DNA of 64,000 bases from Guillardia theta CCMP2712 (taxonomy: Eukaryota; Protista; Cryptophyta): positions 242,482 through 306,481 of the forward strand of contig NW_005434594.1 in assembly GCF_000315625.1 (NCBI RefSeq). Direction: 5' to 3'. The translations under genes were made by a program, and so were the position numbers. Every line of letters begins with the position of its first letter. Position 1 is the stretch's first letter. This document shows, piece after piece, positions 1 to 12,276 of this stretch. Under the pieces are notes generated by a model that searched no databases, had not been told where the DNA came from, and was given only the letters and a program-made list of their open reading frames with translations.

Positions 1-1867
1 ACCTGCATGCGTTGCTGATGATATTCTCCCCAAATTCTCACGGCTGATGCGCACTGACACAATAGAGATCCATCTGTAAAACCATCAGGTCTCCTCCCTC
101 CTCTTCTGTCTTTCCTCTCCCCTCCCCTCCTCTCCTCTCCTCTCCTCTCCTCTCCTCTCCTCTCCTCTCCTCTCTTCTCCTCTCCTCTTTTCTCCCTCCT
201 CCTCTTCAAAGCCTCCTGTCGTCTGCCCCTCCCCCTCCTTCTCCTCTACATCCTCGTCCCCAACTTCTCTCACCCTGTCGCGCTAGGAAGCTCAGGTATC
301 CAGCTGATGCTCGTGCATGGAGCGATGGGACGGAAAGGAGGCGAGGCCATCGAGTCTTGAGCTGCAAATGTTGACCTGAAGAGAGGAGCCGAAGCTCTAG
401 TGCTGCCAAGAAGTGAGGAAGAGATGAGGGGAGAGACAAGGAGGAGTATGGAGGAGGAGGAGAGGGAGAGAGAGGGAGAGAGAAGAGGACGAGGGGAGGA
501 CGAGAGTAGAAGGGAGGAGGAGAGAGCAGCGAGGGAGAGAGAGAACAATAAAATGATGAGAAGAGGACGAGAATGAAGCAATCGAGTAACATCATGCATG
601 AAGAAGAAAAAGTTCAGATGAAGGGAAAGTTGCATAGAACGAACAAAATTGTCGTAAAAAGGTGATACAGTAAGTTGTTAGAGGAATTCGACAAATTACC
701 TGGGCTGAAAAACTTTCTCATTGGACATTCTTCGCCTCAAAGGGCAATAGGTTCTACAAGATCAGTCACATGTTCCAGAACAACAACTTCCCTCAACATC
801 ACGATTTCATCCATCTACTCTATGACACATATATCTAAAACCACCACTTCACACCTAAAATTTCATCAGCTCACCGGATCGCCAGGTACATCACATCATC
901 CACAAGGCGACTAGCCACATGATCTCCTTCCACTTCAATCGTCTGCCATCTTGTCAACTTTTCTACAGACTTCAAACTTCTTCTCATCGATCACTTGAGT
1001 CAAACTCGGAGCCGAGCGATTTTTGATGTCCCACAATTGGCAGGCAGCTACAGAAAAATATTCGCCAGTCGCCTCTGCCCTATAGTCCAAGTCAAATCCT
1101 TGAAACTCTTTATCTTGACTTACCTCAGCGTTGAAGTTCCCAGGACAGCAACTATGTCTCCTTTGATGAAGAGATTCTGCCAATCTAATAACTCCCAAGA
1201 CTCTATGTGCTCCTTCTACTCTTTCATTTCCTTCTCCACTCCTTCAATTCCGCTACCTCGTTCTCCCTCTTCATCCCTCCTCTCCCTCCTCTCCCTCGGC
1301 CCCTCATCCTTCCTCCTCCTCTCTCGCATACCTGTGGGTAAACAAGACCTGACTGTCTCAGGTCAACTCTACTCAGGACGTCGAGCTCTTGGGGAGGATA
1401 GGCCTTCACAAGACGTGAGGCAACGAGACAAGCGCAGAAGCAGCTACTTTGCAGATGATCAGAAGGTTTTCAGACAAGACAAGCAGGTAAAAGAATCTCC
1501 CGTCTGTCTTGATCACGTCAGCCTCGTCGACTCCCTTCACCTGCTCCCTCGTCATCGAACATGACAACAGCATCTTCATCTGACCTGATTGTTGGTTGTT
1601 GAGTAGTCAGGAGACGATGGCGCAGCAGCACCAGCACCAGCAGCTGAGGAGGAGGAGGCTGAATCGCCCGCCTTTGCTGTCTCAGCTGCATAAACCAATC
1701 CTGCTTTGCAACTCAGATTTGCAACATATCAGAATAGCTTGCTCCTTACAGCAGCGCTCTCTCCTTCTTTACTTCCCCCCTCCACTACTCCTCCACTCCT
1801 GAGTGCTCCTCTCATCCACTCAGAACTGCCTGCTGCCTCTCCTTCAACTTCGTCCTGCTCATCCTCA

Positions 1868-1932
<65 letters not shown>

Positions 1933-2450
1933 ACAACGCTCAAAACGTGTTCGCAGTTACCAACCAGGATAATTTGCACGGGTGCTACAGTTGCAGTAGT
2001 CGCAATAGTCGCTACTCCACCAGCTCCATCCTGGAACAAGAGACATCGATATGGAGATGTCTTCCTCAGTCTCAAGACTCGTCAGCTCCTCCATCTCGCT
2101 GCAAGCTCATCGTGACAACCACCATACACCCAACCACAAATCTGATCGAACTCGACCTACCTGCAGCTCTTGAAGTAAGTGAAGGTGAACCTCCGTTGGT
2201 CGCTGTCGAGATCATCTTCTATTGCACTCTTCCTGTGCCTCTTCAGGTACGAGAAGTGCATGGCAAGGCTGATCAATATCGCCAAAATGCCGGCCATTGT
2301 TGCTATTGTGACCCATTGCCAGCTGAACGAAGATGTCAACAGGGGGAGGGGATGGTTGGAGCTTACCGTCTCCTCACACAAGCTCTCACATAGTCATGAT
2401 GATGGGCCTCTGGTTGAGCTTCTACATGGTCGGGATCGTCCATGACATCA
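1..2450 (-). CDS. Multi-exon hypothetical protein with a predicted TM segment; 3' end probably beyond the window start
   Basis: Complex-sequence blocks alternate with simple-repeat introns. Minus-strand splice signals are present (e.g. GAG|GTAAGT near 1122, CTTCAG| near 375). Exon 2157..2381 encodes a hydrophobic helix (WVTIATMAGILAILISLAMHF). No family recognised. Confidence 0.35.
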
Positions 2451-3138
2451 TATCCCTTGTCGGCCAGCATCCCGGTACCAATTTCAACTAGTTTGTTGTA
2501 AAGCTCTCAACAGGCTCTGCCTTCTGATAGACTTGGAAGAAATTTCTTGTGGTTTTCAGATGTTTGTGTTATCCTCTTCCTTTCTCTTCTTCTCTTCTTC
2601 TCTTCTTCTCTTCTTCTCTTCTTCTCTTCTTCTCTTCTTCTCTTCTTCTCTTCTCCTCTCCTCCTCTCTTCTTCACTGTCTTTCCTGACTTTTATAAAAC
2701 ACCACAAAGTTCAGCAGTCGCTATTCAGGATGTTTATAGGGGGTGGGGTGTACATAGTACCCGTCAATTAGACTATTTTCACGCGATTTAGTGACGGTAG
2801 TGAGAAGGTATTTTGAAATCTTAGGGTAGGGTAGTTGACCATCGAGTATTTTCATGAGGCTGGGTGGAGAATGGGAAAAGGGAGGGGTAGTGAAAGCAAA
2901 AATGGCCTGGGAAAACGAAAGACAAGTAAGGAGAGGAGAGGAGGGGAGGGGAGGGGAGGGAGGAGAGGAGAGGAGAGGAGAGGAGAGGGGAGGGGAGGAA
3001 GAGTGCAAACTAGGAGAAGAATGACTAGGAATGGAGGAACAAAACAAGTGACGAAGTGACGAGGGATCGCTGGGAGGAGGAGGAGGAGGAGGAGAAGGAA
3101 GAGGGAGTGCAAAACAAACAAGAGAGGACAATAAGGTT

Positions 3139-6100
3139 TTACTGATTCACTGAGACGATTCTATTGGAGCTCTCGAGCTTGTCAATATACTTGAGGCACT
3201 TGTCGTCTCGCAGGTAGGGGTTGCCATGAATGTGTAGCTCGAGCGGTACAGGGCGCATCATCAGGACTTTGAAGATGGGAATCAGCCCCTTGGGCCCGAT
3301 GCCGTTGCCAGCTACGTTGACCTCCTGGATGTGGTGGTTCCCGTTGAGAATGGTGGCGATGCCTCTTCCTCCGCTGTCGAGGAGGCGGTTGTCGTTGATG
3401 CGAATTGTCTCGATGGATCGGTTGGCGATGATTGACTCGGCCAGGACCCACACGCCTGTAGGAGGATGAGAGAGGAGGAGGCAAGGAGAGGGGGGGGAGG
3501 TGAGAGAGGAGGAGGCAAGGAGGGAGAGAAGGAGGGCAGGAGGAGGGAAGGAGGGAGAAGGGAAGTACGGGAGACAAGGAGGGCAGGAGGAGGGAAGGAA
3601 GGAGAAGGGGAACATGAGGATACAGTGCAGGAGGAAAGAGGGAGGAGGGAAAGAGGGAGGGAGGAGCAGAGGAGGAAGGTAAGCGTGAGAGGGAGGAGAA
3701 GGGAGAGGATAAGATATGAGATGTGCTGGCTAAATGAGACGAGAGAAAGGGAAGGAAAAAGAGAAGAAGCAAAGAGGAAAGAAGGCGGGAAGGGGGGGGG
3801 GCAGAAGAGTTGTTACCATCAGCAGTGAGCAGATTAGAAGACAAGTCGATGATCTTGAGCGTCCTGTTGTTGGCGAGATGCTGCGAGAAGGCTCGACAGC
3901 CGTTGTCTGTGATCTGAAGGAAAGCACGTCACAATGAGCTGAGCGTGGGAGGGATAACNNNNNNNNNNNNNNNNNNNNNNNNNNNNNNNNNNNNNNNNNN
4001 NNNNNNNNNNNNNNNNNNNNNNNNNNNNNNNNNNNNNNNNNNNNNNNNNNNNNNNNNNAAGTATCGCCAGCTATCAGACAACAGGAAGTCGCCGGTCCCG
4101 CAGGACACGGGGAGCTGGAAGAAGCACGGGCGAGGATCGAGGAGCAGGAGCGAGAGATAGCGAAGTTAAAGGTTTCAGGAGGAGGAGGAGGAGGAAGGAG
4201 GGAGGAGGAGGAGGAGGGAGGAGGAGGAGGGAGGAGGAGGAGGAGGGAGGAGGAGGGAGGAGGAGGAGGAGGAGGAGGAGGAGGAGGAGGGAGGAGGAGG
4301 AGGAGGAGGAAGGAAGGAGGAGGAGGAGGAGGAGGAGGAGGAGGAGGAGGAGGAGGAGGAGGAGGAGGAGGGAGGGAGGGGGGGGGGGTGGGAAGGATGA
4401 GGACCTTGCAGGAGGAAAGCTCGATGGTTGCGAGGTGCGCGATGGTGACAGCAGCAGCGAACTGGCCGAAGCCTGTAGACGTGATGCCGTTGGTGCTGAG
4501 CACTACCCGCTTGAGGGAGAACGGAAACAGATGCTGCCTGTTTCTTGCGCGCTTCCCCTTGGCAGCCAGCATGGCGGCTACAGCATTGACGCCGTGGTCA
4601 GAGATGTCGTTGTCGCCGAGGTCAATGTACTCCAACCGCTCGTTCCTTTCCAGGCCCTGAGCGATCTTCTCCACTCCCTTGTCCTGCAACGAGCATCCTG
4701 AGACGTCCAGCGCAGTCAGGGCGAGGTTCCGCTCGAGCAGGAGGATGAGATGGTCAGCTCCTTCCCCTCCCAGCGGGTTCCCCGACAGGTAGAGCGTGCT
4801 GACGCTACGGAAGGAGTGGAGGGCGATGGAGGAAACGAGGGACATCAGGCCGACGGGCCCCACCCGCATCCCCCGCAGGTCCATCCGGTCTTGAGTCCAG
4901 TGCCTCGTCACGGCTCGAGAGAGGTTCACCAGACCCTCGTCCCCCACGTTGTTGTCCGTCAGGTCGACCTCCAGCTTGGGGTGCTTCGATATGCACTTGG
5001 CCCACGCCTGCATCGTCTGCGGGCCCAGGCGGTTGTGGTAGAGCAGCACGCGCTTCAGGATGTGCGAGCCCGGCACCTTCTGCCCGGACGCGTTGCGGGC
5101 AGGGAGCGACATGGCAGCGGCATAGAAGATGGCGATGCCGCTCCTGCAGGAGAGGTCGTTGTCGCCCAAGTCAAGCTCCTCCAGGTACTCGCTCACGCGG
5201 ATGAGCTCGGCGATCTCGATCGCTCCCTTGTCGCCGATGCAGTTGCTGGCGATCCTCAGCTCAGACACGCTTCTGTTCTCCTTCAGCGCCTGCGCCAGGA
5301 TGGTCGCGCCTTCTGCCCCGAAGCGATTGAAGGAGAGCTCGAGCCTCTTGCACATGCTGTTGGCAACGAGAAAGTCGCGGAGGGTGTAGGCGTCTCGGGG
5401 GAGGAGGTCCATGGCAGAGAGCCGGACGGTATCGTCCGACTGACTCATCCTCAGCCTCCTGCTGACCTTGCTCTCAAGCAGATTCATCGTCTTGACCTTT
5501 CGAAGAGCTCCTTTCCACAGAGTTCGAGCGTTGCGCTCCTCCCCCTCCTTCAGACATCCCGCAAACCCTTCCATCTCCTTCATCGTCGAGTTCTGCGCCA
5601 GCTGCCACTTGTTGAGCACGACCTTCTTGTACGTGAACTTGTGCTTGAACTCCATCCCAGCCTCCAGCTTGCGCGTCCGATCCTGAGTCTCCGTGGGGAT
5701 GACGATGTTCACCTGCTTCCCTGACGGGTCGTGCACTACCATGTTCTCTCCTCCTCGGGCCCCGTCGGGCACACGGAGAGTCTCCAGCCTGCGGGTCTCT
5801 CGCACGAGCTTCCCTACCGGCTCGTAGGTGGAAGTCTTACGGAGGACCTCGAGGTTTGCCCATAGCTTCTCCTGGTCCCTTCCGTCCCGCACCTCCAGCA
5901 CCTCCTCCAAGTCCCTTCGCGACAGCTCCAACAGTGCATCGCCATTGATCCCGGAGGAGACGATGGCTGGGAGGTAGTGGGAGAACTTGAGGTTCCTCGC
6001 CCACTCGCACACATCCTCATTGTTCCACGTCTTGACCGGCTTCGAGCTCGGCTTGAAGACGTATCCGTTGGCGTAGCAGAAGTCAAGGAAAGAGACTATG

Positions 6101-7023
6101 AAGTCAAGGAAGTTGAAGAGCGGGGTATTCAGCTTCAACCGTTCATACTTGTCGTCCATACCCCCCCATAGAGACTGCCCCCCATCTCCTCGCTCCTCGA
6201 TGTTCTCATCCATCAAGTCCAAGATCGCCTGCTCGTTCTCCTCACACCAACTCTTCACCACAAGCTGCCGATACTGACTCTCTGCAGCTGTCTGAATGCT
6301 CCAGGCAGTCTCCGCAGCCCGCAGCATGTTGGCGTATGTGAGCTCCGGCTCCTGTGCCATGCCTTCCGAACGTCCGTTGAGAACCGGGGCCATGGTGGTG
6401 ACGAGAGTTTCAGAGAGGTGCCGGACAGTCATGCACTCACGGGAAGCCTGGGAGTTTCTATCGAGGAATCTGATGAAGCAGAGGAGGGTAGAGGCGAGGA
6501 GGTACTCCATCGAAGCTGTCCTCCATGCCGACATAACCTCCTCCTTGGAATCATGCGAGAACTTCCTGAGCTTCTCGTAGTGAGGAGACTTGAAGACTTC
6601 TAGCGCCTCCATGGGCATCGGATGATCTATGTCAGGCCGATGCCTGCTTGCATCGTTGAGCGCCAGCCCCCTCCTGATCTTGCTCGTCATCTCATCCTCT
6701 CCAGTCAGCAGCTCCCGCAGCTTCTCAAACAAGGCATCCAGCTGCGTTGCGCGCCATTGCCGCACGACGTCGGGGCCGAGGAGAACGTCCATGAGCTCCT
6801 TGAGTTTCCCCTGGAGGAAGCCAATGTTCTTCATCACATCCAGTGGGACTTCTTCCTCCCTGACAAGCGGCGAACTTCTCCTCCACGTCGGCTGGTCCCG
6901 CTCGACCGGCTCTACGTGATCGTCTGCCCTTGTAGCCGATGCTGCTGGAGTATATGCAGGCTCCCCGACCTCGGCTGCTTCCACACTCGCCTTCGACTTC
7001 CTCCGGAGCAAGGAGCGGAGCAT
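3139..7023 (-). CDS. SAM-domain plus RNI-like leucine-rich repeat protein (exons ~7023-4405, ~3913-3817, ~3457-3139)
   Basis: SAM motif KPVKTWNNEDVCEWARNLKFSHYLPAIVSSGINGDALLELSRRDLEEVL. Many LxxLxLxxNxIGDxGA repeats. The LRRs continue in the downstream exons (ITDNGCRAFSQHLANNRTLKIIDLSSN; IETIRINDNRLLDSGG). The poly-Pro in the ORF track is a (CCT)n intron. Confidence 0.85.
3959..4058. other. Assembly gap (100 N)
   Basis: Run of N inside a GGA-repeat intron. Confidence 0.99.
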
Positions 7024-7836
7024 TCCTGCTTCAGACTAGCCGTCCGATGCCGTGGATATCACATGTTTTGCATGCTCTGGTCGTGCTCAACACTTGTCCC
7101 TGGCCACTACCTTGCGATGCAGTGCGCTTTGAAACACATTGTGCTCCAAGGACTGACTTGGTCTCCTACACGTTACCATCTCCATGCTCGCAGCCTCGTG
7201 GAGGATGAAGATCTGAATGAGCAAGGGACCTTTATCGATCCTGTCCAGCGATCTACATGCACCTGTTTGCACTGTTTTCAAACAAGTCCTCCCTGAACCA
7301 CAAGGGAGATGGAGATGTGCAGTGAATGTCTGAGCAAACAAGAGTTAGCGAAGCACACTGAATGTTTAGAGAGATTAGCACGCACAAAATCATTGAAACG
7401 AGGAGAAACGTAAATACAAGCAGGGTGAATATAACAGAGAGATGAATGTTGAGAAGACAGGCGTCAACATACGCATCAAGATTCCACCTTGAGGCCTACA
7501 TCAAGCCAAACATTCAACAAATACATCAAGACGCACACTGATGGAGTGATGTCAACTAAGGTATGTCAACTCGATGTCATCTCAGCTACGTCATCTGAGC
7601 ATGTCCGAAGAGGAGGATGGCGTTATGACACGTGGCATTGTCGCTTGGAGGAGCACTTTCCATACATCGCATCAAGGGTCCATTTTCAACGTTCGTGTTT
7701 GTCCCTCATCCCCTCGGGTCGAGGTCTGCTGCACGGGGGTGGAACTACTATATTCGATCTCATCCGCGGGCCAACCACTGCCTCTAGCCCATACCTGGTA
7801 CTAATTTTCAGTTAAATACCCCTCCCATCGACCGCG

Positions 7837-10800
7837 ATGCACATCGAGGGCGGTGGTCATGCAGGGGGTATAAGGCAACGATGCAAGATCTATGACGCGC
7901 CATGGGGAGAAATTCAAATCCGAATTTTGGCGGGCAATCTGCACTGCATCCTTGCCATGAGCAAGACGACAGCAGACAGAGAGGAATGCCCTATTTGTAA
8001 GACGAGATACAGTACGAACAGTATTCGGACGATCCCTGAACACTGCATCAAAGCTTGTTCACGTTGTCGACGGGCTTTCAAAGACATCGACTTGAAAACT
8101 GTACAGGATTATGCAGTGTTCACTGACGCATTGGTGCTGAAATTGTTACATTTTCTGCAAAACATCGGGCACGCAACGTTGAAGATAAGCGACGCGGATG
8201 ATAGCTTGCTACAAGTAGCGGCTAGTTATCTCAAGCTGAGCCAGCACACCATCAACACTTCTCATGTGCGAGCAAAGTTGACGCTTCTAGGTGACCTCTT
8301 TGGACAGAATGCAGAGGGCTTCAAAAATTGTTTCCTTCATTACTTCACCTCGTTTCAACAAGGAGCAGATGCCAAAATGCATCGTGATCAATTCCAGCTG
8401 CACATAGACGCGCAAAAGCTTCGAATTCAAGTAAAGAATCATCGGCAAAAGCAAAAGGCATTGTGTAAGAAAATCAGACATTGGGCCACTTCGCACTATG
8501 ACACTGTTGACGAGCTACAAAAGCAAATACACGATTATCACTCAAGGTAACCAGCGAGCTGGAATGCACCAGAGTACTGACATGCCACATGCAGGTATGT
8601 AAGGCCTGAACATATTAGCCAAGACCAGAACAGCAATATCAAAACAGCATTCGCTCTCCTCGCACATACAATGTGCGAGAACTTCAAGTCAATGCCATTG
8701 GAGGATAGACGTGATTTCATCCGAAGCATTCTTGAAGAGCATGAGTCTCTTGAAGAATCCAATGACGAAAGTCCTACTGCCAAGTGCTTTCTCACCATCT
8801 GCCATGTTGAAAGGGCGATGGATAACCTCCGTTCTGCTGAGCTTCCCGACATAGTTTCAGATGTCGTAATGTTCGCCAGTCAGGAAGGAGATGGCATGAA
8901 GAGCAAACACCCCATCATGCCATTCATAGTGAGCGACTGGATACGACAAGGCTTTCGAACAAAGGACACTAGAGGCATGCGATACTCTGAGCAAGTCATG
9001 AGTTTCGCTGCATCAATTTGGAATGTCGGCACCTCAGGTCTATATCGCTTGCTCACAGGGCCGGGGAACAAAAATACTGGAACTTTTGATGCGGACCAGA
9101 TGTTACACAACTTACCTCTGCCATCCACATCCACTCTTCAGAAACGAGATAGGCATCTCATGAAACTGCATGGCAATGATAGGTCCAGAGTGTGCACATT
9201 TATGATGGATGAATTCCGTCGAATGAATCCTGAGCATTGTCAGACTGGAGTGAACTGTTGTGCGATCGACAAAACAATGATAAATGCAGGATTTTGTTCT
9301 GTGTTTGAGGAATGTGAAGCAGATCTGGGGGGTATAACAAGTCATGAACCTGACTTGGCTCAGCGACTTGACCTGCTTGAAGATCGCAAGGAAAAGTTTT
9401 GTTTGACAGGAAAGACAGAACACTATATCAGCGAACAGCTGGTTGGCATGTTGAGATCCGATCAACAGAGTGTGCATCAGAGGAAGAGTGATATGGAGCA
9501 AGCATACAAGAAGGTTCGAAATGCATTTGTTGCCAAGCATAGAACCGGAGGCGAATCTCCAGAGGATGTCAGGTTCACACCACATCAACGTTACCTCAAG
9601 ACAGTAATTGAAGGCTGTGAACAGATGGATGTAGAAATTCCTCGATTGATAGGAAAACTGGAGGGAATGGCGAATGGCGATCTGCCTGTCAACGAATCAG
9701 AACTTCAAAACGAGTTGTACAAGTACAATGAGAAATTTTACAAGCATACAGTTGCTGAACTGGCTGAAGATGCCATCAGTGTGGTTGCACAAGATGGATG
9801 TGCGAGCACACCCCCTGTCCCCATGTACATTGGTTTTTCAACCAAAAGTTTAAGTGCCTCTGAAGGTCTTCGAATATTGGAAGCCGTTACAAAGGAGGCT
9901 CACGAGCGTGGAATTATTTTCAATGTCTGGTCTTTTGACGGCGAGTTTTCTTGCATATACAGGAATTACTACGTGAACAATCCAAGCACATTCATAACGG
10001 AGGTGAAGGCTATCAAACAAGAGGCCCAGAAGCTGAGCATATCACAGATATGCTCAGAGATCGCATCATACATTTCATGCGTATTCGACTTTGAACCAGC
10101 CATTACTGCACAGGAAGTAGAGAGAGAATGCAATTTGCTGAATATGAACCAATATGATGGACCTGACTTGTCCCAAGTGACAATTCGAACTCGATCTGGA
10201 ATAATGCACATGAACACTGCAGAGTTTGCCCAAATAGAGAAATTCGTCTTGAGTTTGAGGAGGAACCAATTGATATGGCAGGTCCAGAGAGAAAAGAAAT
10301 TGCAGTGTTCTCCTGCCACCAGAACTAAGGCCTGTTTGAACGAGATGTACAGCAGAATCCACATCTTCTGCCGACGGTATGGATATGATAGCATTATACA
10401 ACAAGGGGTTGCAGAGAATGAAACAGCCAAATTCACGCCTTGGGAGCTCGAACGATTGATCACAGATGGATTGGAAGAATTTGATCCAAACAAGATTAGG
10501 TTTCAATTCAACGAGTACCTGTCAAACCCTGTTATCTCTCCAACCACGAAGAAGCTACTTTTCTTTGCGCCATGTATCAATCATTTACTGAAGAATGTCA
10601 GGCACACGGTTGGCTCGGGGAGAAACCCGACTGCACAGCAAGAGGCTAAAACATGGCATGCTGCGTACACTGATATTTCCAAGAAGAATTCGTCATGGCT
10701 AACGCAGCTGGAAGTCGATGGGTGCACGGACCCTCAATCAGTGGATATCATGTTAAAAATGTTCAGCAGCAAGGCCATATCGCTTCTGAATGCAGAGGGA

Positions 10801-11499
10801 CACATTGAAACAGCAAGAATGGCAGAAGCAATGAACGGCCTTCACAGAGCTTTCGACGAGAGAGGCCTCACCAAGTCTGAAAGAAGAAATCTCATTCTTA
10901 GAGCTCGAACCTGGCTTCTAAGAGATGTGGATTGGATGAGGGTGGGCAAGAGGCACATGAGGGGGTTGTCATCTGTAACCTTCGAAGGACTGATTGTAGC
11001 CATGGACACACATCTACAGATACAGAGTTATTTGAGCAACAACAAAGGTGTGTTGGGTGAAAAGGAGTATGACTTCAATGCACGGACGCTCTGCACAGAC
11101 AGCGTTGAAAACCTCTGGTCTTTGATAGGTCATTTGAACAAGAAAGATTTCTTGAGGAAATTCAACAAAGCATGCACTGAGCTCTCAAAAAAATTCGATC
11201 CCAATCTGCCTTTTGTGTATGACCACTCAAAAAAGCGAATCATTCTTAGCAGACCACGCGGGGAGAAGAAGCTTTTCAACGCAGAGGAAGGAACACGGGA
11301 CAAAGAGAATGTGTGCAGGTCCCAACCTCGATCTCGGAAACGTATACATACTCAATCTTTGGATACACGAGGAGGATTCACAGGACAAATGCCTAGATTT
11401 CAGGGTTTACGAACTTTGTCTGGTTGTAAGTCTACGGAAGAAGAGATAGAAAGGACAAAATGTCAAAAATTAAGACGTGTACAAAGCGAACAAGTATAG
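7837..11499 (+). mobile_element. P-element/THAP9-like DDE transposase gene (48-nt intron 8547..8594 joins the 237-aa and 942-aa ORFs; 5' exon(s) uncertain)
   Basis: RYSEQVMSFAASIW...LPLPSTSTLQ matches the P-type N-terminal helix motif. Catalytic candidates are AIDKT (~9268), SFDGE (~9934) and TDSVENLWSLI (~11100). CINHLLKNVR sits at the DxxH position and DPQSV..KMFS matches the insertion-domain motif. The GT..CTGAC..GCAG intron restores the frame. No TIRs found by eye. Confidence 0.75.
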
Positions 11500-11729
11500 A
11501 GAATGACAATTTGTATGTATCTCTAAATACAAAATGTTTGTTTTGCATTGTACAGATTTTCATTCTTGAGATATTCATCCTCGAAACAGTTTGTCGCGGG
11601 ATCGCCATTGCGATTCCCAACAAATTCTACTACCCCACCCCTGTAAAAAGGATTGGAAAAGTACCCGTCCTAATACCGGTAAAAGAGGAGTTCCACCCCC
11701 GTGGGTCTGCTGCTGGTCTGCCAGCTTCC

Positions 11730-12270
11730 GCCCGGTGGTCAACCGTACTACGGTACGGTACCGTCACTACGGTAGTACGGTACGCCGGTACGGGAGTCGT
11801 GGGTCACGGTGGCACTCAGCGGCACGCCGCGGCCAATCCGGGCCGGCGGGACCGGGTTCCCTCGGACGAGACGGTCACGGGGGGGCAGGGGCCCTGGGGG
11901 GCGGCCCAGCCCCCGCCGCCCGCCAGTGCCGGCCCGCCGATCGGATCCCGGGTGCCATCATGGCATGGCACCGCCGGGCACCGAGACCCGGAGTCGCAGA
12001 AGTTCGTTCTCAGGCTCTCAGGGACGCCGGGAAGTCATGTTGCCACATCACATTACTTCGGAGTCCGAACCTAAACTGATAGGCAAAGAATCAAGGAGTC
12101 CCCTTCAAACTACACGGGCCCGGCCGGCGGTCAGGGCCCGGGCCGGCGGGCCGCCCGTGAGTACCGCCGCCGAGTACCGAACCAGGCTGACTGGGTACTC
12201 CGAGTGCCACCCCCGGCAGCCCCGACTCAATAATAGTATCAGACTCTACCAAGTCTCGGCGGACGGAACG
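11730..12270. promoter_or_regulatory. CCGG/GCGGC-rich intergenic island
   Basis: Dense CCGG, GTAC, GTCAC and CTGAG words; non-coding, between genes. Confidence 0.5.
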
Positions 12271-12276
12271 ACCGTG

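Noticed and set aside
4170-4404. Formin-like poly-proline tract in the 1097-aa ORF
   Set aside because: It begins right after a splice donor (AAG|GTCCTC) and is a (CCT)n intron; the LRRs resume in later exons.
4750-5724. Long antisense ORFs opposite real genes (also 21007-21843, 23033-24106, 32158-32916)
   Set aside because: Expected from high GC3 codon bias on the coding strand.
7030-11750. Terminal inverted repeats or TSD around the transposase
   Set aside because: No matching inverted pair found by eye; needs a computational check.
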